From positions 480,001-544,000 of the forward strand of contig CAVUVW010000014.1 in assembly GCA_963745035.1 (NCBI GenBank): DNA of 64,000 nucleotides, written 5' to 3'. The notes beneath the pieces are model-generated. The model ran no database searches. It was not told the origin of the DNA and saw nothing but the letters and a program-made list of their open reading frames with translations. How positions within the stretch are numbered: the first letter of the stretch is position 1; each line of letters begins with the position of its first letter. The translations under genes and the position numbers were made by a program. Source of the DNA: an uncultured delta proteobacterium. GTDB taxonomy: Bacteria; Desulfobacterota; Binatia; UBA9968. Of this stretch, positions 1-11,230 are shown piece after piece.

Positions 1-1140
1 CGCCTTGGCGAAGTAGTGATTATACGCCATGCGCGAGCTAATCTGAGTGTCGAGTTGCCACTTGACCGTCCGCTGGGCGAATTGGCGTTGGGAGGCTTCG
101 ATCTCCTTGAACATCGGATTTTCGGCGGTCTTCTTTGCTGCGGCCTGATCGTAAACAACTAGCTGCCTCTGCAGCACCGAGTCGGGGGTCCGGTAGAACC
201 TCACTTTGTCCTTGGTCTGCATTTCGACGTAATCCTTCGAGTAGCGGTCGATCGCCTTCCACGACATATCCTGCGAAGAGGCCTCCACGCCGTACTCGAT
301 GAGCGCCTTCATCTTCGCCGGCAGGGCGTCGTACTTGGTCTTGTTGAACGTTATCTCGAACTGCTCGGCGGCCTGGTGGTAGCTCTGCAGCATGCAAACT
401 TTAGAGACGTCGGGAAAGCCGAGTATGCGGTCAGAGGAGGCATTGTTGAATTCCGCCGCCTCGATGAGCCCACGATCCATCGCCGGCACGATCTCGCCGC
501 CGGGAAGCGCATTCACCGCCGCGCCCATACCCGTGAACACGTCAATGGACAGACCCACGGTGCGGAACTTCATGCCCTTGAAGTCGTCGGCCCTGGTGAT
601 CGGCTTCTTGAACCAGCCGAGCGGCTGGGTCGGCATCGGCCCATACAAGAAGGATACGACGTTAGCGCCGATCGATTTGTAAAGCTTCTCCAGCAAGTCC
701 TTACCGCCGCCGTATTTATGCCAGGCGAGCATCGTGTTCGCATCCATTCCAAAGCTTGGACCTGAGCCCCAAAGCGCGAGCGCCGTCTGCTTGCCGTAGT
801 GGTATACGACCACGCCGTGGCCGCCGTCGAGGGTACCCTTCGACACGGCGTCAAGAAGCTGGAAGGCCGGCACCACCGCGCCGGCGGGCAGCACCTCAAT
901 TTTCAAGTCGCCGCCGGTCATGTCGTTGACCTTCTTGGCGAAGTCGAGGGCATACTCGTGGAAGATATCCTTTTGCGGCCAGGTGCTCTGAAAGCGCATC
1001 GAGATCGGCCCCGTTTGTCCCTTGGCGATCATCGGAAAGCCGAGCACCGCCGCGCCTCCGGCGGCAACCGCCGCCTTGAGAACGTTACGGCGAGACACTT
1101 TGCCTTTAGCTTGGTCTTGGACTTTAGCTTGCTCAGACAT
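1..1140 (-). CDS. TRAP transporter substrate-binding protein (DctP/TakP-like, Tat signal), 3' end outside window
   Basis: Read manually: ATG at 1140 after AGGAGG; ...RRNVLKAAVAAGG (twin-Arg)...FQSTWPQKDIFHE...MKFRTVG...EAAEFNN; frame open to position 1. Confidence 0.9.
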   Translation of the reverse strand, partial: MSEQAKVQDQAKGKVSRRNVLKAAVAAGGAAVLGFPMIAKGQTGPISMRFQSTWPQKDIFHEYALDFAKKVNDMTGGDLKIEVLPAGAVVPAFQLLDAVSKGTLDGGHGVVVYHYGKQTALALWGSGPSFGMDANTMLAWHKYGGGKDLLEKLYKSIGANVVSFLYGPMPTQPLGWFKKPITRADDFKGMKFRTVGLSIDVFTGMGAAVNALPGGEIVPAMDRGLIEAAEFNNASSDRILGFPDVSKVCMLQSYHQAAEQFEITFNKTKYDALPAKMKALIEYGVEASSQDMSWKAIDRYSKDYVEMQTKDKVRFYRTPDSVLQRQLVVYDQAAAKKTAENPMFKEIEASQRQFAQRTVKWQLDTQISSRMAYNHYFAKA

Positions 1141-1285
1141 ATTGCCTCCTTGGCATCGTCGTTATGGCGCTTTTCGCGCTCCGGCGCTATGCGTCTTCCG
1201 CTTATATCCACTTCGATAATTTCCGTCAATGTCCATTATTTAGACCTTTTAGTCGCCTGATTTTGCGCCAAGCCCCGAGGCGGAA

Positions 1286-1693
1286 TCAATAATACGAACT
1301 TTTTGCGGAGCGTCGCTGCATGATGCGGGACAATAGCGCCTCGAAAAGGCCGGCGGCGATGAGTGACGCGAATACCAACGGCAGCCCGCCAACCTTGCCT
1401 GCCGAAATAGAAGCGGCAATGTACGCCGGCCCGCAGCTCAATGGCATAAATAACCGCAACCGACCGGGCCCTTCGTGCGCGCTTGGAGGATCGTGGCGAC
1501 TCCGGAGACGATCATCGAGATCTGGATCACGCTTTCCGCCTGTTCCGACGTCCCTCCCATCCCGGTAACGATGACAACAACGAAGATCCAACCGACCGAC
1601 ATCACCGAGACATGCTGAATTCCGAGCGCGCAGTGTGCTGAGCGGAGGCTTGTCATCGACGCTGTAGATTAAGTTGGCCGGCTTTTTGGCCAT
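1286..1693 (-). pseudogene. Xanthine/uracil (NCS2) permease N-terminal remnant, frameshifted and truncated
   Basis: MAKKPANLIYSVDDKPP / ALGIQHVSVM...SGVATILQAR...GCGYLC / PLSCGPAYIAAS across two frames; only ~135 codons. Confidence 0.7.
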
Positions 1694-1841
1694 GACCCCA
1701 GACCTTTCGGACGGGGAAGCCGATGCCGAGGCCCGATGAGATATCAGCCGGTGACGAATTTCAACTGCGATGACACCGACTAGAAGCTGCTTTCCTTGGC
1801 TATGTAGCTCTGCACCATTCGTTGGCGATTTACGGTATTGG

Positions 1842-1871
1842 TTGACACGGTGTTCACGGGCCAGTTAGGCT
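1842..1871 (+). promoter_or_regulatory. sigma70-like promoter of glc operon
   Basis: TTGACA-18 nt-TAGGCT upstream of 1926. Confidence 0.5.
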
Positions 1872-1925
1872 CTGACTACCAATCGCAATTGGAACGACTG
1901 AGCAAATGACAAAAGGTTTGCCGGG

Positions 1926-3362
1926 ATGAGCCGGAATCAACTGATCAAGAACCTACAGACAATCGTCGGCGATCGTTACGTGCTGGTCGAAAAAGAGGAC
2001 GTGATCGTCTACGAGCAGGACGGCTCGATCTTTCAGGTCATGCCGGAGATCGTCGTGCTGCCCGGCGACGTCGAGCAGGTCGCCGCGGTAGTGAAAGCCG
2101 CCGGGCAGGCGAATGTGCCGATCGTGCCGCGCGGCTCGGGTACCGGACTTGCCGGTGGCGCGGTGCCCGCCGAAGGCGGCATTATTCTGTCGCTTGCGCG
2201 GCTCAACCGAATTCTAAAGATCGATTTGGAAAATGCCCTCGCGATCGTCGAGCCCGGCGTAATCAACATCGACATCACCAAAGCCGTCGCGAAAGACGGA
2301 TTCTTTTACGCTCCCGATCCGAGCAGCCAGGCCGCCTGCTCCATCGGCGGCAATGTCGCCAATAATTCCGGCGGACCGCACACGCTTGCCTACGGCGTGA
2401 CCACCAACCACGTGCTCGGCCTGGAAGTCGTCCTCGATGACGGTAGGATTATCTGGCTCGGCGGCGAAGTGCCGGACACTCCCGGCTACGATCTCTGCGG
2501 CGTGTTCGTCGGCTCGGAAGGAACCATGGGGATCGTCACCAAAGTCGCCGTCCGGCTCATGCGCGCGCGCGAGTCGGTGCGCACGCTTTTGGCGATCTTC
2601 GACCAGATGGATTGCGCTACCCAAACGGTCGTCGATATCACTGCCGCGGGAATCATACCTGCGGCGCTGGAAATAATGGACCGAATGGCGATCGAGGCTG
2701 TGGAGCGCGGTGCGCCCGTAGGTTTACCACGCGACGCCGAGGCGGTGCTGATCGTCGAAATCGAGGGATTGGATGAGCACACCGAGCGCGCCATAAAACT
2801 CGCCCGCGAAATTTGCCAACGTGACGGCGCGCGCGAAGTCAAGCTCGCCGCCGATGAAGCCGAACGGCAGCGGCTTTGGAAAGGCCGCAAGGGAGCCTTC
2901 GGCGCCATGGGCGCCCTGGCGCCGAACTATTACGTCCAGGACGGGGTGGTGCCGCGCAGCAAGTTGCCGGAGATGATGAAGCGCATCGCCGCGATCAGCA
3001 AGCAATTCGATCTGCGCATTGCCAATGTGTTTCATGCCGGCGACGGCAACCTGCATCCGAATATCTTGTTCGATATGCGCAGCCCCGGCGAGCTCGATCG
3101 CGTGATCGAAGCCGGCGCGGCCACTTTGCGCGCCTGCATCGAGCTCGGCGGTAGCATCACCGGCGAGCACGGCGTGGGGTTGGAGAAAAAAGCTTACATC
3201 GGACTCCTTTTCAGTGAAGCGGACTTGGACGCCATGGCGCGGGTGCGCCGCGCGTTCGACCCGGACAACCGGTTTAATCCGGCAAAGCTCTTTCCCACGC
3301 CGGCGAGCTGTGGCGAAGTCCGCTTGCAGCCCGCGCAGATTCCGGCGGGGCTATGGATCTGA
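1926..3362 (+). CDS. glcD: Glycolate oxidase FAD subunit GlcD
   Basis: PRGSGTGLAGG, PDPSSQAACSIGGN, GSEGTMG, HAGDGNLHP, GEHGVG motifs. Confidence 0.9.
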   Translation: MSRNQLIKNLQTIVGDRYVLVEKEDVIVYEQDGSIFQVMPEIVVLPGDVEQVAAVVKAAGQANVPIVPRGSGTGLAGGAVPAEGGIILSLARLNRILKIDLENALAIVEPGVINIDITKAVAKDGFFYAPDPSSQAACSIGGNVANNSGGPHTLAYGVTTNHVLGLEVVLDDGRIIWLGGEVPDTPGYDLCGVFVGSEGTMGIVTKVAVRLMRARESVRTLLAIFDQMDCATQTVVDITAAGIIPAALEIMDRMAIEAVERGAPVGLPRDAEAVLIVEIEGLDEHTERAIKLAREICQRDGAREVKLAADEAERQRLWKGRKGAFGAMGALAPNYYVQDGVVPRSKLPEMMKRIAAISKQFDLRIANVFHAGDGNLHPNILFDMRSPGELDRVIEAGAATLRACIELGGSITGEHGVGLEKKAYIGLLFSEADLDAMARVRRAFDPDNRFNPAKLFPTPASCGEVRLQPAQIPAGLWI

Positions 3363-3371
3363 TCGGAATCA

Positions 3372-3422
3372 GTCTCGGGTTTCGGGTCCCGCGTTTCAAG
3401 TTCTCAACGCGGGACGCGAGAC
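3372..3422. repeat. Heptamer-repeat hairpin
   Basis: tctcggg/tttcggg/tcccgcg/tttcaag...cgcggga/cgcgaga; 10-bp perfect IR 3386-3395 vs 3406-3415. Confidence 0.6.
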
Positions 3423-3437
3423 GATCTTAATCTGCCA

Positions 3438-4750
3438 ATGGAACCAATGCACCACAAAGCAGCTATCGCAGGCGACGCCGGCATCGCTGCCCTCAACCTT
3501 CCCGAGCTTTACCAATGTGTTCATTGCGGGCTTTGTTTGAATCAATGCCCGACTTATCGCGCGTTACAGTTGGAACCGGAGTCGCCGCGCGGCCGAATTC
3601 ATCTGGTCAAGGCGGCCGCCGAAGGTCGGATCGAGCTCAGTGCGCGTTTCGCCGACCACCTCTATCTCTGTCTATTGTGCCGCGCCTGTGAAAGCGCCTG
3701 TCCCTCAGGCGTGCAGTACGGACGCATCGCCGAAGCTGCGCGCGAGCAACTCGGCCCGCCCGGGTCCGAGCTCGGCACGGCGGTTCTGAAATTTGTTTTC
3801 ACCCAGCTTCTGCCTTATCGCCGGCGGCTGCGCTTGGTCTTCGTTCTCCTGCGCCTCTATCAACGGAGCGGACTGCAGCGACGTGATACGCTTTTTCCTG
3901 CCGAAGAAGCTGCGCGATATGGACGCATTGTTGCCGCGGATCCCGTCGAAGTTTTTCAAACCGCACGAGGGGGTCGCGCCCGCTGATCGGCGCGCGCCGG
4001 GCGAAAGTAGCCATGCTCGACGGCTGCGTCATGCCGCTGTTGTTCGGCGACGTCAACGACGCCACCGTGCGCGTGCTCCGGCGCAACGGCTGCGACGTGA
4101 TTTTCCCCACCGGCCAAACCTGCTGCGGCGCGCTCAACGTGCACAACGGCGAGACGACTGCCGCCAAAGCGATGGCCCGGCGCAATATCGACGCTTTTCT
4201 CGACTGCCGATGTCGATGCGATTATCGTCAACGCCGCGGGCTGCGGCGCGGCGATGAAAGAATATGGTCACTTGTTGCGCGACGACCCCGACTATCGCGA
4301 GAAGGCCGAGCGCTTCAGCCTCCCTCGTCAAAGACGCCGGAGAGTTTCTCGCCGATCTCGGTTTGGTCGGCGAACTTCGCTCCGCTGGAAATGACCGTGA
4401 CCTACCAGGATCCCTGCCATCTCGCCCACGGCCAACGCGTTCGCAGCCAACCGCGAAAATTGCTGCAAGCGATTCCCGGTCTTGAAACTCGTCGAGATGG
4501 AGGGCGCCGACCGCTGCTGCGGCAGCGCCGGCATCTACAATGTCACTCACAGCGGCATGTCGCAGCATCTGCTCAAGGAAAAAATGCAGGCGATCGCCGC
4601 AACCGGCGGCGAAGCAGTCGTCGCGCCCAACCCCGGTTGCATGCTGCAACTCCGTGCCGGCGCCGCTCGATCCGGCACCGACCTCAAGGTCTATCATCTG
4701 TTCGATCTCCTCGACCGCGCGTACGAGCAAGACCGAATAGCAATTCCGCC
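3438..4750 (+). CDS. glcF: Glycolate oxidase Fe-S subunit GlcF, multiple frameshifts (end approximate)
   Basis: CVHCGLCLNQCP, CLLCRACESACP, QTCCGAL, YQDPCHLAH, CCGSAGIYN, NPGC distributed over several frames. Confidence 0.8.
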
Positions 4751-6027
4751 ATGCTCACATCCGTCGATCAGCTCATGCAGCGCCTGGGATCGGCGCTGGG
4801 GCGCGACGGAGTCAGCGCCGGCGCCGACGTGCGCCGATCCTATCGCCTAGACGGCATAACGCCGACAACTGGTCGTTGCGCCGAAATCGCCAGAGCAAAT
4901 CGGCGCTGTGCTGCGGCTTTGCTCCGAGGTCGCGCGCGAGCGTCATCCCGTGGGGCGGCGGCACGGCGATGGTGCTCGGCAATCCGCCGCGTCGCGCGGA
5001 CGTGGTCATTAGACTGGAAGAACTCGACCACGTGATCGAGCACGACGCGGCCAATCTGACCGTCACCGTGCAGAGCGGCGTTACCTTGCAAGCCCTGCAG
5101 TCCGTGCTCGCGGCGCACAAGCAATTCCTGCCCATCGACGCGCCATTTCCGGCCCGCGCCACTTTGGGCGGCGTCGTCGCCGCGAATCTCAACGGTCCGC
5201 GGCGCGGCCTGTACGGCAGCGTGCGCGATCTGGTCATCGGCATGAAAGTGGTGCTCGCAAGCGGCGAGGTGATCAAAGCCGGGGGCAAAGTCGTCAAGAA
5301 CGTCGCCGGCTACGACATGAGCAAGCTCTTCGTCGGCTCGCTGGGAACGCTTGGGATCGTCACCGAAGCGACCCTTCGGGTGGCGCCGATCGCCGAAAGC
5401 GCGGCAACTTTGGTCGCCGACGGCGCTCTGGCTCAGGCGGCGACTATGATTCGCGAGATCTCGCGCTCCGCGCTTCTGCCCGTGGCGGCTTTTCTGCGTA
5501 GCGACAATTCAAAAGCATCTTGGCGGGTGGCGGTCTGGTGCGAAGGTTTTGCGGCCAGCATCGAGCGCCAGTTGCGCGAGCTCGAAGCCATGACGCTGTC
5601 GCTCGGCATGCGTTCGCAAGTGTTGCAAGCGCAAGCGCAGGTCGAGTTGTGGGACAAGCTGCGCGATTTCCCGCTTTCGCCGAACCGCGTGATGTACCGG
5701 GTCGCGCTGCCGCGGGCGGCGGTTTTTGCTTTTCTGGAGAACAGTAAAGAGCGGCATCCAGGGGAAATCGTCTGCGATGCTTTGATGGGAACGGTCTGGT
5801 TATCCTGGCCCCCGCGCGAGGCGGCGATCCAACGATTTTCCGCGCTCGAATCTCTGGCGCGCCAGGAGCGCGGTCACGCCGTGCTCTTCGCCGCGCCGGC
5901 GGCGCTGAAAGCCGCGGTCAATGTATGGGGGGCGTCGCCCGCGACCCTGTCGATCATGCGCGAGATCAAGCACCAGTTCGACCCCCATGAATTGCTCAAT
6001 CCTGGGCGGTTTTTGGGTGGCATTTAG
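4751..6027 (+). CDS. glcE: Glycolate oxidase FAD subunit GlcE, frameshifted near the 5' end (~4870-4930)
   Basis: MLTSVDQL start at 4751; ATLGGVVAAN, GGKVVKNVAGYDMSKLFVGSLGTLG, FDPHELLNPGR. Confidence 0.85.
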
Positions 6028-6084
6028 GCGCGATCCGACTGCGCCGCGAAACCATCGGAGACTGGGGATCTACCTCCAACCCGG

Positions 6085-6589
6085 TTAAAAGAACCGGATC
6101 ACCCAGCCGCCGAGCCAGTTGTCGACCCCGAACGCGCCGCTGCCGCGGACCAAGAAATAAATCGCCGCCGCAACGAACACCAGATTATCGCGCAGTCCTA
6201 CCTCGTGCGCATGGTACGCTTGGCGGTCGAAAGAGCGAAAATGGCTTTGCGCCTTTTCGTCCGTGAGCGCGTTTTTCACTACCGGAGCCAGGACCGGCAG
6301 CACTTTGAGCCAGTGCGCCGTGAAGCGCGAAGGTCGGAATCAAAAAAATAATGATCATCGCCGCGCAGATCGGCGTCTGAATGCCCGCAGCCAGTCCGAA
6401 CCCGCCCACGACCATCAGAAACGTCGCGACAAAGCCGAAAAAGGCCGCGCCCCTGGGAAAGAGAATGCTCGCGGTGTTGACCGGATTGGGCCAGCGCCGG
6501 ACATTGCTGAGACCGCTGATCAGCATCCGCCAGCCAAGAATGACGCGCAACAGAGCCTCGGCGACCAATGCCAGCGTCGAATGCTCCAA
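6085..6589 (-). CDS. DoxX family membrane protein, frameshift ~6320
   Basis: LLRVILGWRMLISG...GGFGLAAGIQT...FLIPTFALH then RDNLVFVAAAIYFLVRGSGAFGVD in second frame. Confidence 0.7.
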
Positions 6590-6870
6590 AATTTTTCCCT
6601 TTCTTCGGCAGCCGAGCAAATTGCGCCGCACTATATCCAGCGCCGCCAGGCCGGTCAATTAGGCTGCCCTCGGACAATTATCGAAGCGGACGGGCACGGC
6701 AAAAGACAAACGGCGAATCGCTAGACCGAAATGGGGGTTAAATTCGCTTCTCTAAATGTCGAATTCGCGATTGTTTCTGCCAAGAAATTTCACTAGAATG
6801 CGGCATCCCGCGGGGCTGAGATGCTGGCACGGTGGTTGCTCTGCTTGGCGCCCGTAACACGGAGGTGGTA

Positions 6871-8140
6871 ATGCAACGCGCAAGGCGATCGCTAATCTCA
6901 CTTTGCTTTGGTTTTCTGCTATTCTCGTCGCCGAGGGTAGCCCTTGCCAGCGAAGTCACTACATTAAGCCCATCTCCTTTCCCGATGCCTGCCGGCCTCG
7001 AACCGGCGGTCGAGTTTTGGATAAAGGTCTTCAGCGAGATATGGCGCATCGCAGTTGGTCTATTTCGATCCGCTCGACATGAGCAAAATTTATGAAGTGA
7101 CCGACGTTGGCGAGGAAAGCCGCACCAACGACTATATCAAAGCGGAGCGAGAGCGTATCGCCACCGCACACGGCGTCGACATCGAGCGGGTGAAAGCACA
7201 GCGCGGCATCAAAGAGAGAACCGCGGCGGGCATCAAACGCTCGGGTCGCTATATTGCGCAGATCAGGCAGATTTTCCAAGACCGGGGTTTGCCACCGGAG
7301 CTTACATACCTGCCGATCGTGGAATCGTCCTACGAGATCACCGCTCGGTCTTCCGTCGGCGCCTTGGGCATCTGGCAATTCATGCCACGCACCGGACGCG
7401 AATATATGCGGGTTAACTCTTCGGTTGACGAAAGAAGAGATCCGATCGAAGCGTCCCGCGCAGCCGCGGCGTATCTCAAGCAGGCCTATGAATATTTAGG
7501 CAGTTGGCCATTGGCGATTACGTCCTACAATTACGGCCAAGCGGGCGTGGCCCGCGCGGTCGCCGAAGTCGGTTCGAACAACCTTGTCGACCTGATTGAA
7601 AAATACAACCATCCCTACTGGGGCTTTCCGCCGAAACAGTTCTACGCGGAGTTTCTCGCCGCCGTCGAAGTCGGCAGCAATCTACCTAAGTATTTTCCCG
7701 GCCTTGAGCTCGACGCCGCTGTGCAACTGAAGGAAGTGGAAGTCGAGCGTGGCACATCCTTGGCGTCACTGATCAAATCATCCAGTATGAGTCGCGATGA
7801 GTTTCTGGGCTGGAATCCCGCTCTCAATCCGTCGGCGCGCGTCGTGCCCGCCGGTTACCGCATGAAACTGCCGTCCGACAGAAGCGTTGAGCCGCTCGTG
7901 GTATTGGCGAAGCATGAAAGCATCGAGCCCAGATCGGCAATCAGACAATCGGCAAGCAAACCAAATGTTGAAGCGAACGGGCGAGTGCGCGTCGTGCATC
8001 ACAAGGTCAAGCATGGTGAGACGCTCTACGAGATCGCTCGCCGCTACGGCGCGTCGGTGCAGCGTATCATTCAAGTCAATGGACTCGGTCGATCACGCCT
8101 TTTGAGAGTCGGAAGCACGCTGCGCATTCCCCAGGCATAA
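6871..8140 (+). CDS. MltD-like lytic transglycosylase with C-terminal LysM, frameshift ~7040
   Basis: LPIVESSY, GALGIWQFMPRTG, AITSYNYG; LysM HKVKHGETLYEIARRYG; signal peptide in upstream frame after GGAGG. Confidence 0.85.
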
Positions 8141-8164
8141 GATCTTTCACACGCGGGTCTTTTT

Positions 8165-8199
8165 AAAGCCGGGGTGGTCAATGACACCCCGGCTTTTTT
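8165..8199 (+). terminator. Rho-independent terminator
   Basis: aaagccggggtg...caccccggcttt + T run after the stop at 8140. Confidence 0.8.
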
Positions 8200-8237
8200 G
8201 TTTGCGCCTGTTCCCCAATCGCAAAGATACCGTTAAA

Positions 8238-8337
8238 TGTCATTCTGAGGCGGAGCCAAAGAATCTGCTTTTGGTTTGGAACAAGCAGATACTTCGCGGA
8301 GTTTATCCTGAGTCTCACCGAAGGACTCAGCGTGACA
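8238..8337. repeat. REP/MITE-like palindromic element (GTCATTCTGAG...CTCAGCGTGAC type)
   Basis: Terminal IR tgtcattctgag/ctcagcgtgaca, inner IR agaatctgctt/aagcagatact; related half elements at 11068 and 52403. Confidence 0.65.
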
Positions 8338-8413
8338 TCTATGTGATTTCTGCTCTTGCGATACCGTCGCGGCGGCGGGAGTCCTGGATACGTCGCAGAT
8401 CTGTTGCCCCGCG

Positions 8414-8443
8414 TTGACAACTTTTCCGCCAGCTGGATATAGT
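8414..8443 (+). promoter_or_regulatory. sigma70 promoter, probably leaderless transcript
   Basis: TTGACA-18-TATAGT, 7 nt before ATG 8451, no SD. Confidence 0.6.
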
Positions 8444-8450
8444 CGGCGGC

Positions 8451-9437
8451 ATGAAAAGCGAGCTGGGGGCGTCGTCAAAGTGGCGTCAACTGATTGCGTT
8501 GGTGCTCTTCGCTCTTCTGTCGCTTCAGCTATGTGCGCCTGCAAACGCGCAAGAGACCAAAAAGGTACGCATGGCCTACTCCGCTTTCAGCATCTCGTTC
8601 TTGAATATTTTTGTGGCGCGGGACGCTGGGCTGTTCAAGAAACACGGCCTCGACGTCGAGTTGATTCAGATGGCCGGTCCGCTGCCGGTGGCGGCACTCG
8701 CGGCCGGCGAGATCGATTACCTGACAGGCTACACAACCGGCATCGTCGCCACCGGCCAGGGCGCGCCACTCAAGGGCATCATGATCTCTCTCCGCAAGCC
8801 GCCGTTTTTTCTTGTGGCGGAATCGGCTGTGCAACGGCCCACCGATCTTGCCGGAAAGCGAATCGGCGTCGATCGCATCGGCAGCTTGCAGCATCTGGTT
8901 GCGCGGTTGATGCTGAAAAACAAAGGCGCCGATCCGGAGAAAGCGATTTTCACTCAGACCGGCTCGGTTTCTAATACGGTGACGAGTCTTGGGCAGGGCG
9001 CGATAGCCGCGGCGATCTTATCCGGCCCGCACAACGTGATCATGGCGCAAAAAGGTTTTCGGCAAATCGGCTCTGCGGATGAGCTGCCGACGCACTTTCC
9101 GACCAGCGGTCTGGTCGTGAGCGACGCCAAACTCAAGACCGATGTGCCGCGCATCAAGAGCGTGATCCGCGTGATGCTCGATGCCGCCGCATTTTGCCGC
9201 AAGGAAAGAACCTGGGTGGTGAGCTACATCAAAGATCGCTGGAAGCTCGAGCAAAAGACTGCTGAAACCGTCTATGATCAGTGGCTCTCGATTCTTACGC
9301 CCGACGGCAAAATCAGCATCAAGGATATGCAGGAATATTTCGATCTTGCCCACAGTCAGAAACAGATCTCGGCGCCGATCAACGTCGCCGCAGTAACGGA
9401 TTACTCGCTGCTCGATCAAGTGCTGGCGGGGAAATAG
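8451..9437 (+). CDS. ABC transporter substrate-binding protein (NMT1/THI5/SsuA-like)
   Basis: Signal peptide; GLFKKHGLDVELIQ, ALAAGEIDY, DLAGKRIGV. Confidence 0.85.
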   Translation: MKSELGASSKWRQLIALVLFALLSLQLCAPANAQETKKVRMAYSAFSISFLNIFVARDAGLFKKHGLDVELIQMAGPLPVAALAAGEIDYLTGYTTGIVATGQGAPLKGIMISLRKPPFFLVAESAVQRPTDLAGKRIGVDRIGSLQHLVARLMLKNKGADPEKAIFTQTGSVSNTVTSLGQGAIAAAILSGPHNVIMAQKGFRQIGSADELPTHFPTSGLVVSDAKLKTDVPRIKSVIRVMLDAAAFCRKERTWVVSYIKDRWKLEQKTAETVYDQWLSILTPDGKISIKDMQEYFDLAHSQKQISAPINVAAVTDYSLLDQVLAGK

Positions 9438-9523
9438 CAGTTGTCAGTATTTAGTTATCAGTCAACTCGCACTTTATACTCGACTCTAAAGTCTAAACAC
9501 TTCAAGGAACGAAGGAGCGCAAA

Positions 9524-10192
9524 ATGGACGGCAAAGCGTTGGTGGAATCAGTAAAGAAGGAAATCATCGAACCGGGAATTCAGCGCCTAATGGACTCGCA
9601 ATATTTTTCCGAACTACGCCAGGGCAAGCTCTCGCGGAAACGCATGCAGGGCTGGTCGCTTCAGCACTACCTTCACAACAAGGCGATCCTGAAATCCTTC
9701 GCTCTAGGCATGGTGAAAAACGCCCATGAGCCGACGATGTTCGATTATTTCACCGATCAATTCACCGAAGAGCAGACCCATCCCGATCTGGCGAAACGCT
9801 TCGGCCTCGCCCTCGGCCTCAAGGAAGAAGACTTCACCGAGGCGACGCAGATTTTCGAATGCCAGATCCATTCGGCGCGCACCGTCTACAACACTTTGAT
9901 GGGCTATGCGCCGCAAAACCGCGCCTCGGCGCTCACCAGCGAGAGTATGGTCTGCCGCTACTCGGAAGAGTTCTTAAATGCCGGCCGCAAGCACTATGGC
10001 CTAGACGACCGCGATCTGACCTTTTTCACCGTCCACATGGTCGCCGATCAGGACCACACAGCGCGTTCGGCGGAGCTGATCGCCCGCATGGTCAAGACGC
10101 CGCGCGAAGAGCGCTTGGTGCGCGAGAGCGCCCAGTATATGGTGCGCATCAAGCTTGGCAAGTTCGACGGCATCTACCGCGAATATTCTTAA
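9524..10192 (+). CDS. Heme-oxygenase-like diiron enzyme (TenA/PqqC/CADD fold)
   Basis: EEQTH...TSE...FFTVHMVADQDH (E..H / E / Hx3Dx2H ligand pattern); SD AAGGAG. Confidence 0.75.
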   Translation: MDGKALVESVKKEIIEPGIQRLMDSQYFSELRQGKLSRKRMQGWSLQHYLHNKAILKSFALGMVKNAHEPTMFDYFTDQFTEEQTHPDLAKRFGLALGLKEEDFTEATQIFECQIHSARTVYNTLMGYAPQNRASALTSESMVCRYSEEFLNAGRKHYGLDDRDLTFFTVHMVADQDHTARSAELIARMVKTPREERLVRESAQYMVRIKLGKFDGIYREYS

Positions 10193-10196
10193 ACTT

Positions 10197-10273
10197 GTTC
10201 AAGGTTCAATGTTCCAGGTTCAACGGCTGATCGAAATACCTAATCCGGACTCATGAACTTCGAGCATTGAACC
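10197..10273. repeat. Heptamer-repeat inverted element between convergent genes
   Basis: gttcaag/gttcaat/gttccag/gttcaac ... tgaactt/cgagcat/tgaacc. Confidence 0.6.
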
Positions 10274-10961
10274 CTACGAATTGATCAACGCTGTCGCCTC
10301 GATCTCGAGCAAATACTTTTCGCCCGCAAAACCGTCGACGAAGCTGATCTCCACTTCGGGAACATTCACTTTAGAACCTTGGGTGAGAAGATTCCGGAGC
10401 ACTTCAAGTTTCTGAGTTCGATCAAGCAGAATCGAGAGCTTCACGACTTGGCTCCAGTTTGCGCCAGACACCGCAACGGCATTAGCGAGAGTCCGCAAAA
10501 CGTCCGGCACCTGCTCTTCCAGAGTCGGAGCATCCGAAGTGAACCCTGAGTAGAACAGCACCGAGTCGTAGCGTAAATAGCAGAGATAATTTCTCGCTGG
10601 CTCGAAATCGACCGGCCGCCGCTCGGCTGCCGGAGCGAGCGGGGCGCATCGCCAACAGCTCCAGTCCGGCGGTTCCATCAGAGTCAAACCATTCCCGCGA
10701 AATAAAGCTCGAGCTTGCCGCTTTGCGATTTCCAGTCAAAATTTTTGATCGCGCCGCAGTCGCCAATGTGCGCGCGTCTCTGTCTCTTCCCCACACGCGG
10801 ATACGCGCGATATTGTCGAGCGACAAGTCGTGCGATTTGAGCTCCGCCTCGAATTGCTGGAATAATTCGTTGGCCGCGTTGTCCGGCGATGCTCCGGCCC
10901 TGCCCTCGGCGGCGATCTCGACAAACTCCCTGCCAAGCCAACTGAATATTTTAGTTTTCAT
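10274..10961 (-). CDS. RidA/YjgF-like two-domain protein, frameshift ~10640
   Basis: N-half: LSLDNIARIRVWGRD...ASSS...ELLAM; C-half: FYSGFTS...QVVKLSILL...LLEIEATA. Confidence 0.6.
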
Positions 10962-11067
10962 GATGCGGCACTCTATCGCAATTGATATGAAAGTGAAAAG
11001 AGAGTTCCGCCACACGTGCGGCAACGGCGGTCCATTTGCAATCGCCATAACTCTTTCGATTAAGAAA

Positions 11068-11137
11068 AGATTCCTCGGTTCCCTCGGAATGACAACTCTA
11101 TTAAATGATCTGTCATCTCGAACAGAGTGAGAGATCT
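11068..11137. repeat. Two REP-like half elements (same family as 8238)
   Basis: agattcctcg...ctcggaatgaca and tgtcatctcgaa...gagagatct. Confidence 0.55.
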
Positions 11138-11230
11138 TTCCCCAACTGAACCCTACCTGAGAGCAGTAAACTTGCGCTTCTGACACTATTTAGTTTATCG
11201 TTGCAGTCTCGTGAAGGCTTACTTGCTGCC

